This document shows positions 44,167-52,991 of a stretch of 64,000 bases of DNA, one piece after another. This DNA is from Parvibaculum sp. Its GTDB lineage: Bacteria > Pseudomonadota > Alphaproteobacteria > Parvibaculales > Parvibaculaceae. Below the pieces are notes generated by a model. It saw only the letters and a list, made by a program, of their open reading frames with translations. It was not told the DNA's origin and made no database searches. How positions within the stretch are numbered: the first letter of the stretch is position 1; each line of letters starts with the position of its first letter. The stretch covers positions 3,611 to 67,610 of the forward strand of contig NZ_JBASBH010000035.1 in the NCBI RefSeq assembly GCF_049651025.1, read 5' to 3'. Made by a program: the position numbers and the translations under genes.

Positions 44167-45947
44167 GATCCGTCTTTGCTGATCGGCACGAGGCGTGCGT
44201 TTTCGGCTCTTTCAAGGCAGAGCTTGCGGTCGTGAAATCTTTCGAGCGCGGGGTGAAAACCGATCGTCATGATCGTGGCGTCCGGGAATTCGTGCCGCAA
44301 CGTCTCCATCATTTTCTCTTCACCCTTTGGGTCGAAAGCGTCGCTGGCTTCCTGCATGAATATCCAGCTCGGGCGATGGAGAAAGAGCCGCGCGAATCCG
44401 AGGCGTTGCTGGCCGCGCTGCGTGAGCACCTGATCCCATGCTTCAACATCGCCGAGCCTCATGGTGAGATAGCCGAGCCCAGCATGATCGAGCGCCGCGC
44501 GGATGACATTGTCGTCAAAGAGATCGGGTTCGTCCGGATAGCTGATCGCCGTGCGCAGGGAGCCATGCGGAATGAAGGGGCGTTGCGGCATGAAAAAGAT
44601 GGACCGGTCCTTCGGCAGAAGGACGCGGCCCCTGCCCCACGGCCAGAGCCCGGCGACCACTTTGAAGAGATCGACGGCGGCGTCTGCGTCCCCGTCAATC
44701 AGCACCCGTTCGCCTTCGCGGATTTCAACATCGAATCCGTCGAGAACGTGCGGGCCTTCGGGCCTCGAGATATGCAGATCGCTGATGATGAGTGTCGGTA
44801 TAGCGGCGGTGGCAAATTCGATGCGCTCTTCCATGCCGTCGACAGGTTGTTCGTCTAGCGCGGCGAGGTCGTCATGCAACGACAGAACACGATTGGCGGA
44901 TGCGCTCCACCTTGCCATGTCTGCCAGATTATCGATCGGCCAGGACAGGGCGGAGGTAAGTTTCTGGAACGCCTGAGCCGTCTGCATCAGAACGCCGAGC
45001 GACATGGTGCCGGCAATATATTGCGGGGCGCAAACGAGGATCGGGAAAACCGGAAGCAGCGCGCCATAGCCGGAGGTGAAGAACAGGATCCACGTATAGG
45101 CCAGCGTCTGGCGGCCCCACCATTCGCGAATGTCGGAGAAGAGAGCGAATGACCGCTGCCGTTCCATCTTTTCGCCGCCGACCAGAGCAATCGCTTCGGC
45201 TTGTTCGCGCGCACGGGCGAGGCCGAAACGGAAATTGGCCTCGACCGTTTGCAGCCCGTTCGTCGATCTGACGAGAGGCTGGCCAAGGATAAGTCCCATC
45301 ACAGTGCCTGCACCCGCATAGGCAAAGGCGAGCACAACCATGTAGCCCGGAACATGCAATGACGAGCCGTTCAGGCTGACCGTGGTGCCACCGGCGACGG
45401 AGAGCAGAATGTCGACAAAGCTGCCGAGAATGAGCAGCGAGTAGACCAGCGTATGGCTGAGGCTGATCGCAAGATCGGTAACGATGTTGATGTCGTCAGC
45501 GATGCGGCCGTCGGGATTGTCGTGCTCGCCCGGCGTAAAGGTGAGCCGGTAATGGCGCTTCTCCGACATCCAGCGGTCGATGACATGTCTGGTGAGCCAG
45601 CCGCGCCAACTGATCTGCAGCCGCTTTTTTACCTGCAAATGCATGGCGGCCACGGCCATGGTGAGGCTGAAGATGATGGCGAAAATACCGATCTGGGCGA
45701 GGAAGCGGGAGGTGGATCGCTCGCCAAGGGCGTCGAACAGCGCGCCGTTCCAGTAATTCGTCCAGATGGCGAGGACGACTTGCGCCAAGGTCAACAGCAC
45801 AAGACCGGCTGTGAGGCCGATTGCCTTCCACCGGTCTTCCGTGGTCCAGAAAGGCGCGGCCATGCGGATGAAACGCCGCAAGAATCGATAGCGAGAAAGG
45901 ATCGAGCCTTCCGGGGTGCGGCGGACGATGGGAGCGTCGATCGTCAT
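44163..45947 (-). CDS. SbmA/BacA/YddA-type (ABC_membrane_2) fused permease-NBD protein with degenerate ATPase motifs
   Basis: 594 aa. The TMD resembles YddA/SbmA (FWTTEDRWKA, NPDGRIADDI). In the NBD, Walker A is GDADAAVD instead of GPSGxGKS, the signature is LTQRGQQR instead of LSGGEQQR, and Walker B is WIFMQE instead of hhhhDE. Confidence 0.8.
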   Translation of the reverse strand: MTIDAPIVRRTPEGSILSRYRFLRRFIRMAAPFWTTEDRWKAIGLTAGLVLLTLAQVVLAIWTNYWNGALFDALGERSTSRFLAQIGIFAIIFSLTMAVAAMHLQVKKRLQISWRGWLTRHVIDRWMSEKRHYRLTFTPGEHDNPDGRIADDINIVTDLAISLSHTLVYSLLILGSFVDILLSVAGGTTVSLNGSSLHVPGYMVVLAFAYAGAGTVMGLILGQPLVRSTNGLQTVEANFRFGLARAREQAEAIALVGGEKMERQRSFALFSDIREWWGRQTLAYTWILFFTSGYGALLPVFPILVCAPQYIAGTMSLGVLMQTAQAFQKLTSALSWPIDNLADMARWSASANRVLSLHDDLAALDEQPVDGMEERIEFATAAIPTLIISDLHISRPEGPHVLDGFDVEIREGERVLIDGDADAAVDLFKVVAGLWPWGRGRVLLPKDRSIFFMPQRPFIPHGSLRTAISYPDEPDLFDDNVIRAALDHAGLGYLTMRLGDVEAWDQVLTQRGQQRLGFARLFLHRPSWIFMQEASDAFDPKGEEKMMETLRHEFPDATIMTIGFHPALERFHDRKLCLERAENARLVPISKDGS

Positions 45948-45997
45948 CTGTCCTTCAGTCCGGCTTCATGCGAATGGCTGGCAGGGACACGTAAAGA

Positions 45998-48511
45998 CTA
46001 CTCCCTTGTCTTTCCCGGCGTCGAGATAGCGAATTGGCGCCGCAACGGGCCTGCTCCTATCCGGCGGAGACGTGGCCGTGTTGCAGCGTTCGGACTTGTA
46101 CGTTTCGGCGCACGCACTGCTTCGGCGTCCGCAAGGATGGTCATGGTGCGGATGACGCTTTGCGGATTGACGCTGATCGAGTCGATGCCGAGCTTTGCGA
46201 GAAAACGTGCGATCCCGGGGTTATTCGCAGGCGCTTCGCCGCAAATGCCGACATGGCGGCGGTTGCGCTTTGCGCCGGTGACGGCGAGACGCAGCATTTC
46301 CATCATGCCGGGATCTCCCTCGTCGAAGTCGAAGGCGACGATTTCGGAATCGCGGTCGACACCGAGCGTAAGCTGCGTCAGATCGTTCGAGCCGATGGAG
46401 AAACCGTCGAAAAGCTCGGAGAAAGCGTCGATGCGGATCACATTGTTCGGAATCTCGCACATGACAAAAATTTCGAGGCCGTTTTCGCCGCGCTTCAGCC
46501 CGTGTTCGGCCATGCTGGCGATGACTTTGCGCGCCTCTTCTTCGCGGCGGCAGAAGGGAACCATGATCTTGAGATTGTCGAGGCCCATCTTGCCGCGCAC
46601 CCTGGCAAGCGCCGCACATTCAAGCGCGAAGCCCGCCGCATAGGCCTGATGCGTATATCGCGAGGCGCCGCGAAAACCGAGCATGGGATTGGCTTCCTTC
46701 GGTTCGAAAGCCGCGCCCGCGATGAGGCTTGCATATTCGTTCGTCTTGAAGTCGGAGAGCCGGACGATGACCGGCTTTGGATAGAAGGCGGCGGCTATCG
46801 TGCCGACACCTTCCGAAAGTTTCTCGACGAAGAAGTCCGCCGGCTTCTTGTAGCCTCGCGTCAGCGTTTCGATTTTCCTGCGGTCGCTTGCAGATGCCAC
46901 CTTCTTCGGTGCGGCAAGGGCCATGGGATGAACGCCGATATATTCGTTGATGATGAATTCCATCCGCGCAAGGCCGACGCCGTCATTGGGCAGCATGGCT
47001 GTGCGGAAGGCGAGATCGGGATTTCCGAGATTGACCATGATGGCGGTCTTCGGTCGCTTCAGCTTGTCGGTCGTCATCCGCGTGACGTTGAAGGGAACGG
47101 CGCCCTTGTAGATGTGGCCGGTCTCACCCTCGGCGCAGGAGATCGTGACGATCTCACCCGTCTTGATCTTTGCGGTCGCACCTTCCGCACCAATGACCGC
47201 AGGCACGCCCATCTCGCGCGCGACAATGGCGGCGTGGCAAGTGCGGCCGCCATGATCGGTCACGATCGCCGCCGCCTTTTCCAATACGGGTTGCCAGTCA
47301 GGGCTTGTCGTTCGCGCCACCAGAACCTCACTGGGCTTGAATTTGGCGAGGTCTCGCTTGTTCACGATGACGCGGGCCTTGCCGGTCGCGATCTTCTCGC
47401 CGACGGCGCGGCCGGACGCGACGACGGCGCCCTTTCCTTTCAGCGCATATGTTTCAAAAACATTCGTCGCCCGCTGGGAGGCGACCGTCTCGGGCCGCGC
47501 CTGAATGATGTAGAGGCGGCCATCCACTCCGTCCTTCGCCCATTCGATATCCATGGGCATCGGATGGCCTGCTGCCTTCGAGTAATGACCCTCGATCGCC
47601 ATAGCCTGACCGGCAAGGTCCAGCGCCTCGCGGTCGGAAATGCAATAGCGCTCGCGATCGATGCGCGGCGTCTTCACGAGACGCGTGCTTACCTCCTTCT
47701 TCACGCGCGCGTATTTGAGCTTCACTTCCTTCGCTCCGAGCGAGTGGCGAAGAATGGCGCGATGGCCTGCCTTGAAGGTCGGCTTGTGCACATAGAACTC
47801 GTCCGGATCGACCTGACCCTGCACAATCGTTTCGCCAAGGCCATAAGCGCCAGTGATGAAAACAACGTCGCGAAAGCCAGACTCCGTATCCAGCGTGAAC
47901 ATCACACCGCTCGCCGCCATATCCGAGCGCACCATCTTCATGACGGCGACGGAGAGAAAAACCTTGGAATGGGCAAAGCCACTATTATTCCGGTAGACGA
48001 TAGCGCGGTCGGTGAAGATGGACGCAAAGCAGCGGCGACAGGCATCGATCACATGGGGCAAGCCGCTCACATTGAGGAAGCTTTCGTGCTGGCCCGCAAA
48101 ACTTGCAGTCGGCAGGTCTTCGGCAGTGGCGGAACTGCGCACGGCGACCGCGACGTTCTTGCCATATTGCTTCTGCAACGTTGCATAGGCCGTCTCGATC
48201 TGCTGCCTGATTTCGTCCGTTCCCGTTGCTCGGTAAACGATATCGCGCGCCTTGGCGGCGTTGCGGGCGAGCGTCCTGGTATCGGCGCGCTTGAGGCCCT
48301 TGAGGAGCGGCGCGAGCTTTTCCCAGGCCCCCGCCTTGGTCAGCGCGTCGCGATAGGCCCCGGCGGTCAGCGCAAAGCCGTTTGGAACGCGAACGCCCGC
48401 GTCGGATAGCGCGTTGTAAAGCTCGCCAAGCGACGAGGTCTTGCCGCCGACAAGCGATACGTCCGCGACATGGATGTCCTTAAACCAGCGAATGTAATCG
48501 TGATGCGGCAT
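45998..48511 (-). CDS. ppsA: Phosphoenolpyruvate synthase (pyruvate, water dikinase)
   Basis: 837 aa from the ATG at 48511 (RBS GGGGGAGAAG). MPHHDYIRWFKDIHVADVSLVGGKTSSLGEL, phospho-His motif GGRTCHAAIVAREMGVPAV, and a C-terminal PEP-utilizer TIM barrel (FFSIGSNDLTQ-like GFSIGSNDLTQLTLG). The 1261-aa track ORF is an upstream shadow extension. Confidence 0.93.
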   Translation of the reverse strand: MPHHDYIRWFKDIHVADVSLVGGKTSSLGELYNALSDAGVRVPNGFALTAGAYRDALTKAGAWEKLAPLLKGLKRADTRTLARNAAKARDIVYRATGTDEIRQQIETAYATLQKQYGKNVAVAVRSSATAEDLPTASFAGQHESFLNVSGLPHVIDACRRCFASIFTDRAIVYRNNSGFAHSKVFLSVAVMKMVRSDMAASGVMFTLDTESGFRDVVFITGAYGLGETIVQGQVDPDEFYVHKPTFKAGHRAILRHSLGAKEVKLKYARVKKEVSTRLVKTPRIDRERYCISDREALDLAGQAMAIEGHYSKAAGHPMPMDIEWAKDGVDGRLYIIQARPETVASQRATNVFETYALKGKGAVVASGRAVGEKIATGKARVIVNKRDLAKFKPSEVLVARTTSPDWQPVLEKAAAIVTDHGGRTCHAAIVAREMGVPAVIGAEGATAKIKTGEIVTISCAEGETGHIYKGAVPFNVTRMTTDKLKRPKTAIMVNLGNPDLAFRTAMLPNDGVGLARMEFIINEYIGVHPMALAAPKKVASASDRRKIETLTRGYKKPADFFVEKLSEGVGTIAAAFYPKPVIVRLSDFKTNEYASLIAGAAFEPKEANPMLGFRGASRYTHQAYAAGFALECAALARVRGKMGLDNLKIMVPFCRREEEARKVIASMAEHGLKRGENGLEIFVMCEIPNNVIRIDAFSELFDGFSIGSNDLTQLTLGVDRDSEIVAFDFDEGDPGMMEMLRLAVTGAKRNRRHVGICGEAPANNPGIARFLAKLGIDSISVNPQSVIRTMTILADAEAVRAPKRTSPNAATRPRLRRIGAGPLRRQFAISTPGKTRE

Positions 48512-48673
48512 GACGCTCTTCTCCCCCGGCACAACGGCCAGAGTCTTATGCACAATCGGCCCGCCCGAAACATTGATTGAGGTCAAAGGCCTGGGATCAA
48601 GAGCCTGACAATATGATCGGGGCAATTCGCCCCAAAGCCCGCGATCCCGGGATCGAGAAAATCGGAGAAGCCC

Positions 48674-50683
48674 ATGGACAGCGACGAAGCTGACCTCGCA
48701 AGACGCCGCTCCAATATGGTCGATCTGCAGATCGCCGCGCGGGGTGTACTGAGCGCGAATGTGCTGGAGGCGATGCGAAAGGTACCGCGCGAGGCCTTCC
48801 TGCCGCATGAGATGCGGGAATTCGCCTATGACGACGCGCCGCTTCCCATTGCCGAAGGGCAGACGATCTCTCAACCCTATATCGTGGCCTTGATGACAGA
48901 GGCTCTCGGCCTTGAAGGCAATGAGCGCGTGCTCGAGATCGGGACGGGATCGGGTTACGCCGCCGCTGTCCTGTCGCGCATCGCAGGCGAAGTTTACACC
49001 GTCGAGCGCGTCGGCCAGCTCGCGGAAAAGGCCGCGACGGTGCTTGCCGATCTCGGCTATGCCAATGTGCATGTCAACCATGCCGACGGAACAATGGGCT
49101 GGAACAGAGGCGCGCCTTACGATGCAATCGTCGTGACAGCGGGCGGGCCGGAGGTGCCGGAAGCACTGAAGAACCAACTCAGGATCGGCGGCAGGCTCGT
49201 CGTACCGGTCGGCGACGATCCACGCTTGCAGGAGCTTGTGCGCGTCACGCGGCTTTCCGAAAACGAATACAAGACGGAGGAACTTCTCGATGTTCGCTTC
49301 GTGCCGCTGGTCGGCGAGGCGGGATGGACGCAGGCGGAAGCCGAGGCGGGCGCACCACGGAAAGCCCGGGCACCCGAGACGGAGGATGCAAAGCTTGCAA
49401 AGGCGATCGCAAGGGAGAGCGAGCCGTTCGGCAGCATCGACAATGCAGACCTCGAACCGCTCCTGAAACGTATCGGCGATGCGCGCGTCGTCCTGCTTGG
49501 CGAGGCAACGCATGGCACGTCGGAGTTCTATCGCATGCGGGAGCGCATTTCGCGCACGCTCATCGAAAAGAAGGGCTTCTCCTTCATCGCCATCGAGGGC
49601 GACTGGCCGGATGCTGCACGCATCGACCATTATGTGCGCCACGCCGAATATCCGCCTTCCGAATGGACGGCCTTTGCGCGCTTTCCGGTCTGGATGTGGC
49701 GCAACAGGGAAGTACGCACCTTTGTCGACTGGCTCCGCGCTCACAACGCCGCGGTCGAGCCCGCGCGCCGCGTCGCCTTTCACGGCCTCGATCTCTACAG
49801 CCTCTATAATTCAATTCGCTCGGTGCTCGCCTATCTCGATGAGGTCGATCCGGCGACGGCGGAGGTCGCGCGCAGGCGCTACGGCTGCCTGACGCCCTGG
49901 CAGACGGACCCGGCGACCTATGGCCATGCGGCGCTCACGGGGACATACCGGACCTGCGAGAAAGAGGTCGTGCACATGCTCTCCGATCTTCTGGAGAAGC
50001 GGCGCGCCTATGCCGAGAGCGACGGCGAGCGTTTTCTCGACGCGGTGCAGAATGCGCGCCTCGTCGCCAACGCGGAGCGCTACTACCGTATCATGTATTA
50101 TGGTTCGCGCGCGTCATGGAATCTGCGCGACACGCATATGTTTGAAACGCTGAAGGCGCTTCTCGGCTTTCACGGCGCAGGAAGCAAGGCAATCGTCTGG
50201 GCGCATAACTCGCATGTGGGCGATGCGTCGGCGACGGAAATGTCGGCGCGCGGCGAAACCAATATAGGCGAGCTTTGCAGGCGCGAATTCGGATCCGCCG
50301 TCTATTCCATCGGCTTCGGCACGAATAGCGGCACGGTGGCGGCCGCGTCGAACTGGGAAGCGCCGATGGAGATCAAGAAGGTGCACCCTGCCCTGCCCCA
50401 AAGCTATGAGCGGCTTTGTCATGAAACCGGCAGCGAGCGTTTCTTTCTCAAGCTGCGCGCGCCGATCGCGACGGATATCGCGCAAGGCCTGTCGAAGCCG
50501 CGCCTCGAACGCGCCATCGGCGTCATCTACCGGCCCGAGACGGAGTTGCAGAGCCATTACTTCGAAGCGACGCTGCCACGGCAGTTCGACGAATATGTCT
50601 GGTTCGACAAGACGCGAGCCGTGACGCCTTTCGAGACCGAGGAGCTTGAGGATATGCCCGACACCTATCCGTTCGGGCTCTAG
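48674..50683 (+). CDS. Fusion protein: protein-L-isoaspartate O-methyltransferase (PCMT) domain + erythromycin-esterase-like (Ere/ChaN/TIKI superfamily) domain
   Basis: Residues ~15-215 carry TISQPYIVALMTEAL and VLEIGTGSGYAAAVLS (PCMT). Residues ~250-669 carry VVLLGEATHGTSEFYRMRERISRTLIEKKGFSFIAIEGDWPDA and IVWAHNSHVGDA (erythromycin esterase family). Confidence 0.85.
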   Translation: MDSDEADLARRRSNMVDLQIAARGVLSANVLEAMRKVPREAFLPHEMREFAYDDAPLPIAEGQTISQPYIVALMTEALGLEGNERVLEIGTGSGYAAAVLSRIAGEVYTVERVGQLAEKAATVLADLGYANVHVNHADGTMGWNRGAPYDAIVVTAGGPEVPEALKNQLRIGGRLVVPVGDDPRLQELVRVTRLSENEYKTEELLDVRFVPLVGEAGWTQAEAEAGAPRKARAPETEDAKLAKAIARESEPFGSIDNADLEPLLKRIGDARVVLLGEATHGTSEFYRMRERISRTLIEKKGFSFIAIEGDWPDAARIDHYVRHAEYPPSEWTAFARFPVWMWRNREVRTFVDWLRAHNAAVEPARRVAFHGLDLYSLYNSIRSVLAYLDEVDPATAEVARRRYGCLTPWQTDPATYGHAALTGTYRTCEKEVVHMLSDLLEKRRAYAESDGERFLDAVQNARLVANAERYYRIMYYGSRASWNLRDTHMFETLKALLGFHGAGSKAIVWAHNSHVGDASATEMSARGETNIGELCRREFGSAVYSIGFGTNSGTVAAASNWEAPMEIKKVHPALPQSYERLCHETGSERFFLKLRAPIATDIAQGLSKPRLERAIGVIYRPETELQSHYFEATLPRQFDEYVWFDKTRAVTPFETEELEDMPDTYPFGL

Positions 50684-50692
50684 CGGCGGCCT

Positions 50693-50911
50693 TCACATTG
50701 CGTCTTTCAAGACCCATGTGTCGCCCCTCTTGCGGTAGCCTTTCTTGACCGCCGCCCATGCCACGCGAAAAGCCGCTTCCTCCCGGCGCGCGCCTTCCGA
50801 CGCATACTGGTTCCAGGCATGGTTGAATGCCTCGCGGAAAATGTCCTGCGCATGGGCAGGAAGATGGCCGCGCACCGTAGGAGGCAGATCCGCATTCGTT
50901 TCATAGGGCAT
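50693..50911 (-). CDS. ChaB-family protein
   Basis: 72 aa. MPYETNADLPPTVRGHLPAHAQDIFREAFNHAW ... AFRVAWAAVKKGY matches the ChaB domain pattern. Confidence 0.85.
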   Translation of the reverse strand: MPYETNADLPPTVRGHLPAHAQDIFREAFNHAWNQYASEGARREEAAFRVAWAAVKKGYRKRGDTWVLKDAM

Positions 50912-50929
50912 GCAATGCCTCGCGCGACG

Positions 50930-51331
50930 CTAGAGATTTTCGGTGAAGTCGGCGCAACTCTCGTCAAAGGCATCGAGCCCTTCCTCCAGATAGTCGCCAA
51001 GAAGAGGAAGGCCCAGAAGATATTCTGCCGTGCGTGGATTATGCGCATCGCGTGCAGCTTCCAGTGCCTCATCCCACTCTTCAGCGCTGTAGGTGCCGCG
51101 TCCCACCCATGCGAGCGCGACGAGCGCGATCTGCTCATCCTCGGCGAGGCCACGGATAAAGGCGACCAGTTGCTGCCGCGTCGGATCGTCTGAAAAATCC
51201 TCAAGGGCGTCGCGCATGTCATCATCCGTCGGGTTCGACCCTGAATCCGGATCGGACACCTCCGCCTTCACATCGAACATGCGCGCCTTCTGGATGATGT
51301 AGCAAACTTTTTCAGTGCTGATTTCAGGCAT
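50930..51331 (-). CDS. DUF3775-family protein
   Basis: 133 aa from the ATG at 51331 (RBS GGAGG). MPEISTEKVCYIIQKARMFDVK ... LVALAWVGRG ... W..A..EA is typical of DUF3775. Confidence 0.75.
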   Translation of the reverse strand: MPEISTEKVCYIIQKARMFDVKAEVSDPDSGSNPTDDDMRDALEDFSDDPTRQQLVAFIRGLAEDEQIALVALAWVGRGTYSAEEWDEALEAARDAHNPRTAEYLLGLPLLGDYLEEGLDAFDESCADFTENL

Positions 51332-51371
51332 GGAGCCTCCTGCGCACATGAGTTCTGTCGTCCACGGCTCC

Positions 51372-52409
51372 CTAGGCTTCGATGATGACCTTCAACGCAT
51401 GGGTCTTGGCCGCGTCTGTGAAGGTCTCGTATGCCTCGATGATATTGGCGAGCTTGAAGCGATGCGTAATGAGAAGCTTCGGATCGATCTTTTTCGACTG
51501 AACTGTTTTCAGAAGCATCGGCGTCGTCACCGTGTCCACGAGGCGCGTCGTGATGGAGATATTCTGCGACCAGAGCCTTTCGAGATGCAAATCGACCTTG
51601 ATACCGTGGACGCCCACATTGGCGATCGTGCCGCCGGCTCCCACAATGTCCTGACAGATGAGAAAGGTCGCGGGAACGCCGACCGCCTCGATGGCTGTGT
51701 CAACTCCGTGCCCGCCCGTCATTTTCATCACCGTCTCGGCCGCCTTGCCGTCCGCACTGTTGATCGTCGCGGTTGCGCCGAAGCGTTTTGCAACTTCGAG
51801 CCGGTTGTTATCGAGATCGATCATGATGATCTCGGCGGGCGAATAGAATTGCGCAGTCAGAAGCGCGGCAAGGCCGATGGGCCCCGAGCCGACGATGGCG
51901 ACGGTGTCGCCCGGCTTAACCTTGCCGTTGAGCACGCCGCATTCAAAACCTGTCGGGAGAATGTCGCTCAGCATGACGAGGGCTTCCTCGTCCGAGCCGG
52001 CGGGTATGGGATAGAGACTCGTGTCGGCATGAGGGATGCGTACAAACTCGGCTTGCGTGCCGTCGATCTTATTGCCGAGAATCCAGCCGCCGGTCGTGCA
52101 ATGGGAATACATACCCTTGCGGCAATACTCGCATTTGCCGCATGCCGAAATGCAGGAGATGAGAACGCGGTCGCCCTTCTTGAATGCAGTAACGGCGGCG
52201 CCTGTCTTCTCGACGATCCCGACGCCTTCATGGCCGAGGATGCGCCCCGGCTCGCAGGTCGGAACGTCGCCTTTGAGGATATGAAGATCAGTGCCGCAGA
52301 TCGTCGTGCGGGTCATCCTGACGATGGCGTCGCTCGGATCGACGATCTCGGGCGTCGGGCGGTCCCGCAGAGCTTTCTTGCCCGGCCCTTGATAGACGAG
52401 AGCTTTCAT
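51372..52409 (-). CDS. Zn-dependent NAD(P)-dependent (secondary-type) alcohol dehydrogenase, MDR family
   Basis: 345 aa. ICGTDLHILKG, GHEGVGIV, the structural-Zn Cys cluster CISACGKCEYCRKG, and a Rossmann GSGPIGL. Confidence 0.9.
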   Translation of the reverse strand: MKALVYQGPGKKALRDRPTPEIVDPSDAIVRMTRTTICGTDLHILKGDVPTCEPGRILGHEGVGIVEKTGAAVTAFKKGDRVLISCISACGKCEYCRKGMYSHCTTGGWILGNKIDGTQAEFVRIPHADTSLYPIPAGSDEEALVMLSDILPTGFECGVLNGKVKPGDTVAIVGSGPIGLAALLTAQFYSPAEIIMIDLDNNRLEVAKRFGATATINSADGKAAETVMKMTGGHGVDTAIEAVGVPATFLICQDIVGAGGTIANVGVHGIKVDLHLERLWSQNISITTRLVDTVTTPMLLKTVQSKKIDPKLLITHRFKLANIIEAYETFTDAAKTHALKVIIEA

Positions 52410-52430
52410 TTCCTCTTCCTCCTCACAACA

Positions 52431-52991
52431 CTAACGGATCCAGTGGACATGCGGCGCATGCCTGTCGGTAGCTTCGGGCCAGGCGGCGGGATGGCCGACA
52501 ATGATGGGGGCGACTGCGACTTGCGCAGGCGGCAGGCCGAGTTCGGCCTTCGTCGCCGATTTGTTGAACCAGGGCCGGGCGAGCCCGACCCAGCAGGTGC
52601 CGAGATCGCAGGCGCGGGCGGCCAGCAACAGGTTCTGTCCGGCGAGACAGCAATCCTCCGCCGCCTGGGCTTCGGGACCGGTGGCGTAGATGACGATGAG
52701 TGCAGGCGCACCGTAGAAAATCGAGAAATTGCGATCCTCAAGCGTCGGCCGCATGTGGCTGAGCTGCGGATAGGCATCGAGTTCCGCCAGCAGCGACGCC
52801 TTGGCAAGCTCGCCCAGCGTTGCGACCCGTTCCTTGCCGAGGGCCACAGCGAAAGCCCATGGCTGCATATTCATCGCGCTTGGCGCTGCGATGGCAGCCG
52901 CAATCAATTCGTCGATATCTGGCTGGGCGATGTGCTTGTCGCTATAGGCCCGCACTGCGCGCCGGGTCTTGATCGTCTGAAGAAGGTCCAT
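52431..52991 (-). CDS. Nitroreductase-family protein
   Basis: MDLLQTIKTRRAVRAYS ... APSAMNMQPWAF ... The ATG at 52991 is chosen; the track start at 53039 adds 16 aa. Confidence 0.8.
   Translation of the reverse strand: MDLLQTIKTRRAVRAYSDKHIAQPDIDELIAAAIAAPSAMNMQPWAFAVALGKERVATLGELAKASLLAELDAYPQLSHMRPTLEDRNFSIFYGAPALIVIYATGPEAQAAEDCCLAGQNLLLAARACDLGTCWVGLARPWFNKSATKAELGLPPAQVAVAPIIVGHPAAWPEATDRHAPHVHWIR

Noticed and set aside
46034-48409. 791-aa plus-strand ORF
   Set aside because: It is antisense to ppsA and has no recognisable motifs.
48512-49783. Upstream 424-codon extension that makes the ppsA ORF 1261 aa
   Set aside because: PpsA homology begins at MPHHDYIRWF (48511), which has a good RBS. 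The extension is antisense to the well-supported PCMT-Ere gene and has shadow-ORF composition.
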